This document shows positions 26,782 to 27,850 of a stretch of 27,850 bases of DNA, piece by piece. Numbering within the stretch: position 1 is the stretch's first letter; every line of letters begins with the position of its first letter. The translations under genes were made by a program, and so were the position numbers. The notes below the pieces were generated by a model that saw only the letters and a list, made by a program, of their open reading frames with translations, was not told where the DNA came from and ran no database searches. The stretch is from IMG/VR virus record IMGVR_UViG_2734482779_000004, positions 1 to 27,850 of that record; one strand, given 5' to 3'. The DNA comes from a virus (lineage: Duplodnaviria; Heunggongvirae; Uroviricota; Caudoviricetes).

Positions 26782-27324
26782 ATGAGCACTATCACTAAAG
26801 AACGTATCGAATTGTTCATTAAAAATCCGCTTGAAAACGGACTTACCCGTGGCGAACAAATGGAACTGGCACGGATTGCACTGGCATCGCTGGAAGCCGA
26901 ACCTGTAAGCCAAACTTACAAGTTTCCAGTTAATACACCTTGCCTGGATGCGCCAGCCCATATCTGGCTGCAAACGGCTGGAGTATGGCCAGAAGATGGC
27001 GAGTTAAGCGAATTAACGTGGTGCAGCCACAATCAGCACCATGATGACACGCTATTTGTTCGAGCTGACCTTGTGAATGGCAACTATCCGGTAACTCCGG
27101 ATGGTTGGATAAGCTGTAGTGAGCGAATGCCTGAAAAGGGCCAGAACGTGCTTATTTCGGTGAATTTCGATAGCTCTCTGGTTGAACCGCTAATATGCTC
27201 CGCACGCTATACCGGAAGCACCTTTCGGCGCGGAGATGCAACGATTAAGCCGGGTAATGGCATTGAGCAAGCAACTCACTGGATGCCGCTACCGGAACCG
27301 CCGCAGGAGGTAAACCGTGGCTAA
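26782..27324 (+). CDS. DUF551-domain phage protein
   Basis: 180 aa; C-terminal GWISCSERMPE...HWMPLPEPP is the DUF551 pattern common in lambdoid prophages. Confidence 0.6.
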   Translation: MSTITKERIELFIKNPLENGLTRGEQMELARIALASLEAEPVSQTYKFPVNTPCLDAPAHIWLQTAGVWPEDGELSELTWCSHNQHHDDTLFVRADLVNGNYPVTPDGWISCSERMPEKGQNVLISVNFDSSLVEPLICSARYTGSTFRRGDATIKPGNGIEQATHWMPLPEPPQEVNRG

Positions 27325-27424
27325 CCTGCAACTTGCCGTTAAAGGTGAATAACAATCCTCGCACTCGCGGGGATTTCTTTTATCTGAACTCGCTACGGCG
27401 AGTTTTATTTTATGGAGATGACAA

Positions 27425-27592
27425 ATGCACTTCCGAGTCACAGGTGAATGGAATGGAGAACCATTCAACAGAGTTATCGAAGCCGAGAACATCAGCGACT
27501 GCTATGACCACTGGATGCTGTGGGCGCAGATAGCACATGCAGACGTAACCAACATTCGAATTGAAGAACTGAAAGAACACCAAGCCGCCTGA
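27425..27592 (+). CDS. Small hypothetical protein
   Basis: 55 aa from ATG 27425 (GGAG 8 nt upstream): MHFRVTGEWNGEPFNRVIEAENISDCYDHWMLWAQIAHADVTNIRIEELKEHQAA. The track's 27333..27533 ORF is in a different frame and judged spurious. Confidence 0.35.
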   Translation: MHFRVTGEWNGEPFNRVIEAENISDCYDHWMLWAQIAHADVTNIRIEELKEHQAA

Positions 27593-27605
27593 TGGCGGTT
27601 TTTTC
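27585..27605 (+). terminator. Rho-independent terminator ahead of xis
   Basis: CCGCC-TGAT-GGCGG hairpin followed by TTTTTTCTTG, overlapping the stop of the preceding small gene. Confidence 0.5.
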
Positions 27606-27649
27606 TTGCCTGATTTGCAGGTTCGATTCCCTATTCGGAGATAGCACTC

Positions 27650-27850
27650 ATGCAACACGAACTACAGCCTGATTCACTGGTTGATTTGAAATTCATCATG
27701 GCTGATACTGGCTTCGGTAAGACCTTCATCTATGACCGGATTAAGTCCGGCGACCTGCCTAAAGCCAAAGTTATCCACGGACGAGCAAGATGGTTATATC
27801 GTGACCATTGTGAATTCAAAAATAAGCTCTTAAGCCGCGCCAATGGGTAA
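27650..27850 (+). CDS. xis: Excisionase / AlpA-family DNA-binding protein
   Basis: 66 aa, ...GDLPKAKVIHGRARWLYRDHCEF, the AlpA/Xis-type winged-helix pattern, at the int-proximal end of the early-left operon. The integrase and att site would lie beyond the window. Confidence 0.6.
   Translation: MQHELQPDSLVDLKFIMADTGFGKTFIYDRIKSGDLPKAKVIHGRARWLYRDHCEFKNKLLSRANG

Noticed and set aside
27333-27533. 66-aa plus-strand ORF MPLKVNNNPRTRGDFFY...
   Set aside because: No SD-like sequence and a low-complexity product; the alternative frame from 27425 has a GGAG-ATG and ends in the terminator hairpin, so that one was preferred.
27615-27635. GGTTCGATTCC motif resembling a tRNA T-loop just before xis, considered as a possible tRNA-derived att core
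   Set aside because: The flanking sequence cannot form a T-stem or acceptor stem, and the att site is expected beyond int, outside the window.

Overview
The window is an almost complete lambdoid prophage in standard prophage order when read as the reverse complement (int side at the window's 3' end, virion genes at the 5' end). It is a mosaic: a lambda-type regulatory and lysis backbone joined to a P22/Sf6-type head module. All calls rest on reading the six-frame translations and the nucleotide sequence against remembered protein families; no database search was run. Plus strand, 20.4-27.8 kb: cI, a terminator, pL/OL, nutL, N, then the early-left operon (cIII-like, kil-like, RecT, an HNH endonuclease, a Gp157-like protein, Ead/Ea22-like, DUF551, excisionase). 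Minus strand, 20.4 kb down to 1: cro, nutR, cII with antisense oop RNA, a T5orf172/GIY-YIG-like insert, O with internal ori iterons, a DnaC-like loader, a tR2-like terminator, the nin region (NinB, NinE, Rha, YbcO-like, rusA with an in-frame stop, NinH), Q, two tRNAs, S-R-Rz/Rz1, an accessory block with a KilA-N protein, then terminase small and large, portal, scaffold, coat, gp4-, gp10- and gp26-like tail proteins. The cI/cro/operator set is not lambda's, while cII, N, the nut sites and S/R are near lambda. The best candidates for something undescribed are (1) a 164-aa coiled-coil/zinc-ribbon gene lying antisense and tail-to-tail with N, with its own repeat-containing upstream region, and (2) the T5orf172-like gene inserted between cII/oop and O. 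No CRISPR array, reverse transcriptase, cyclase or other hallmark of a known multi-gene defence system was seen.
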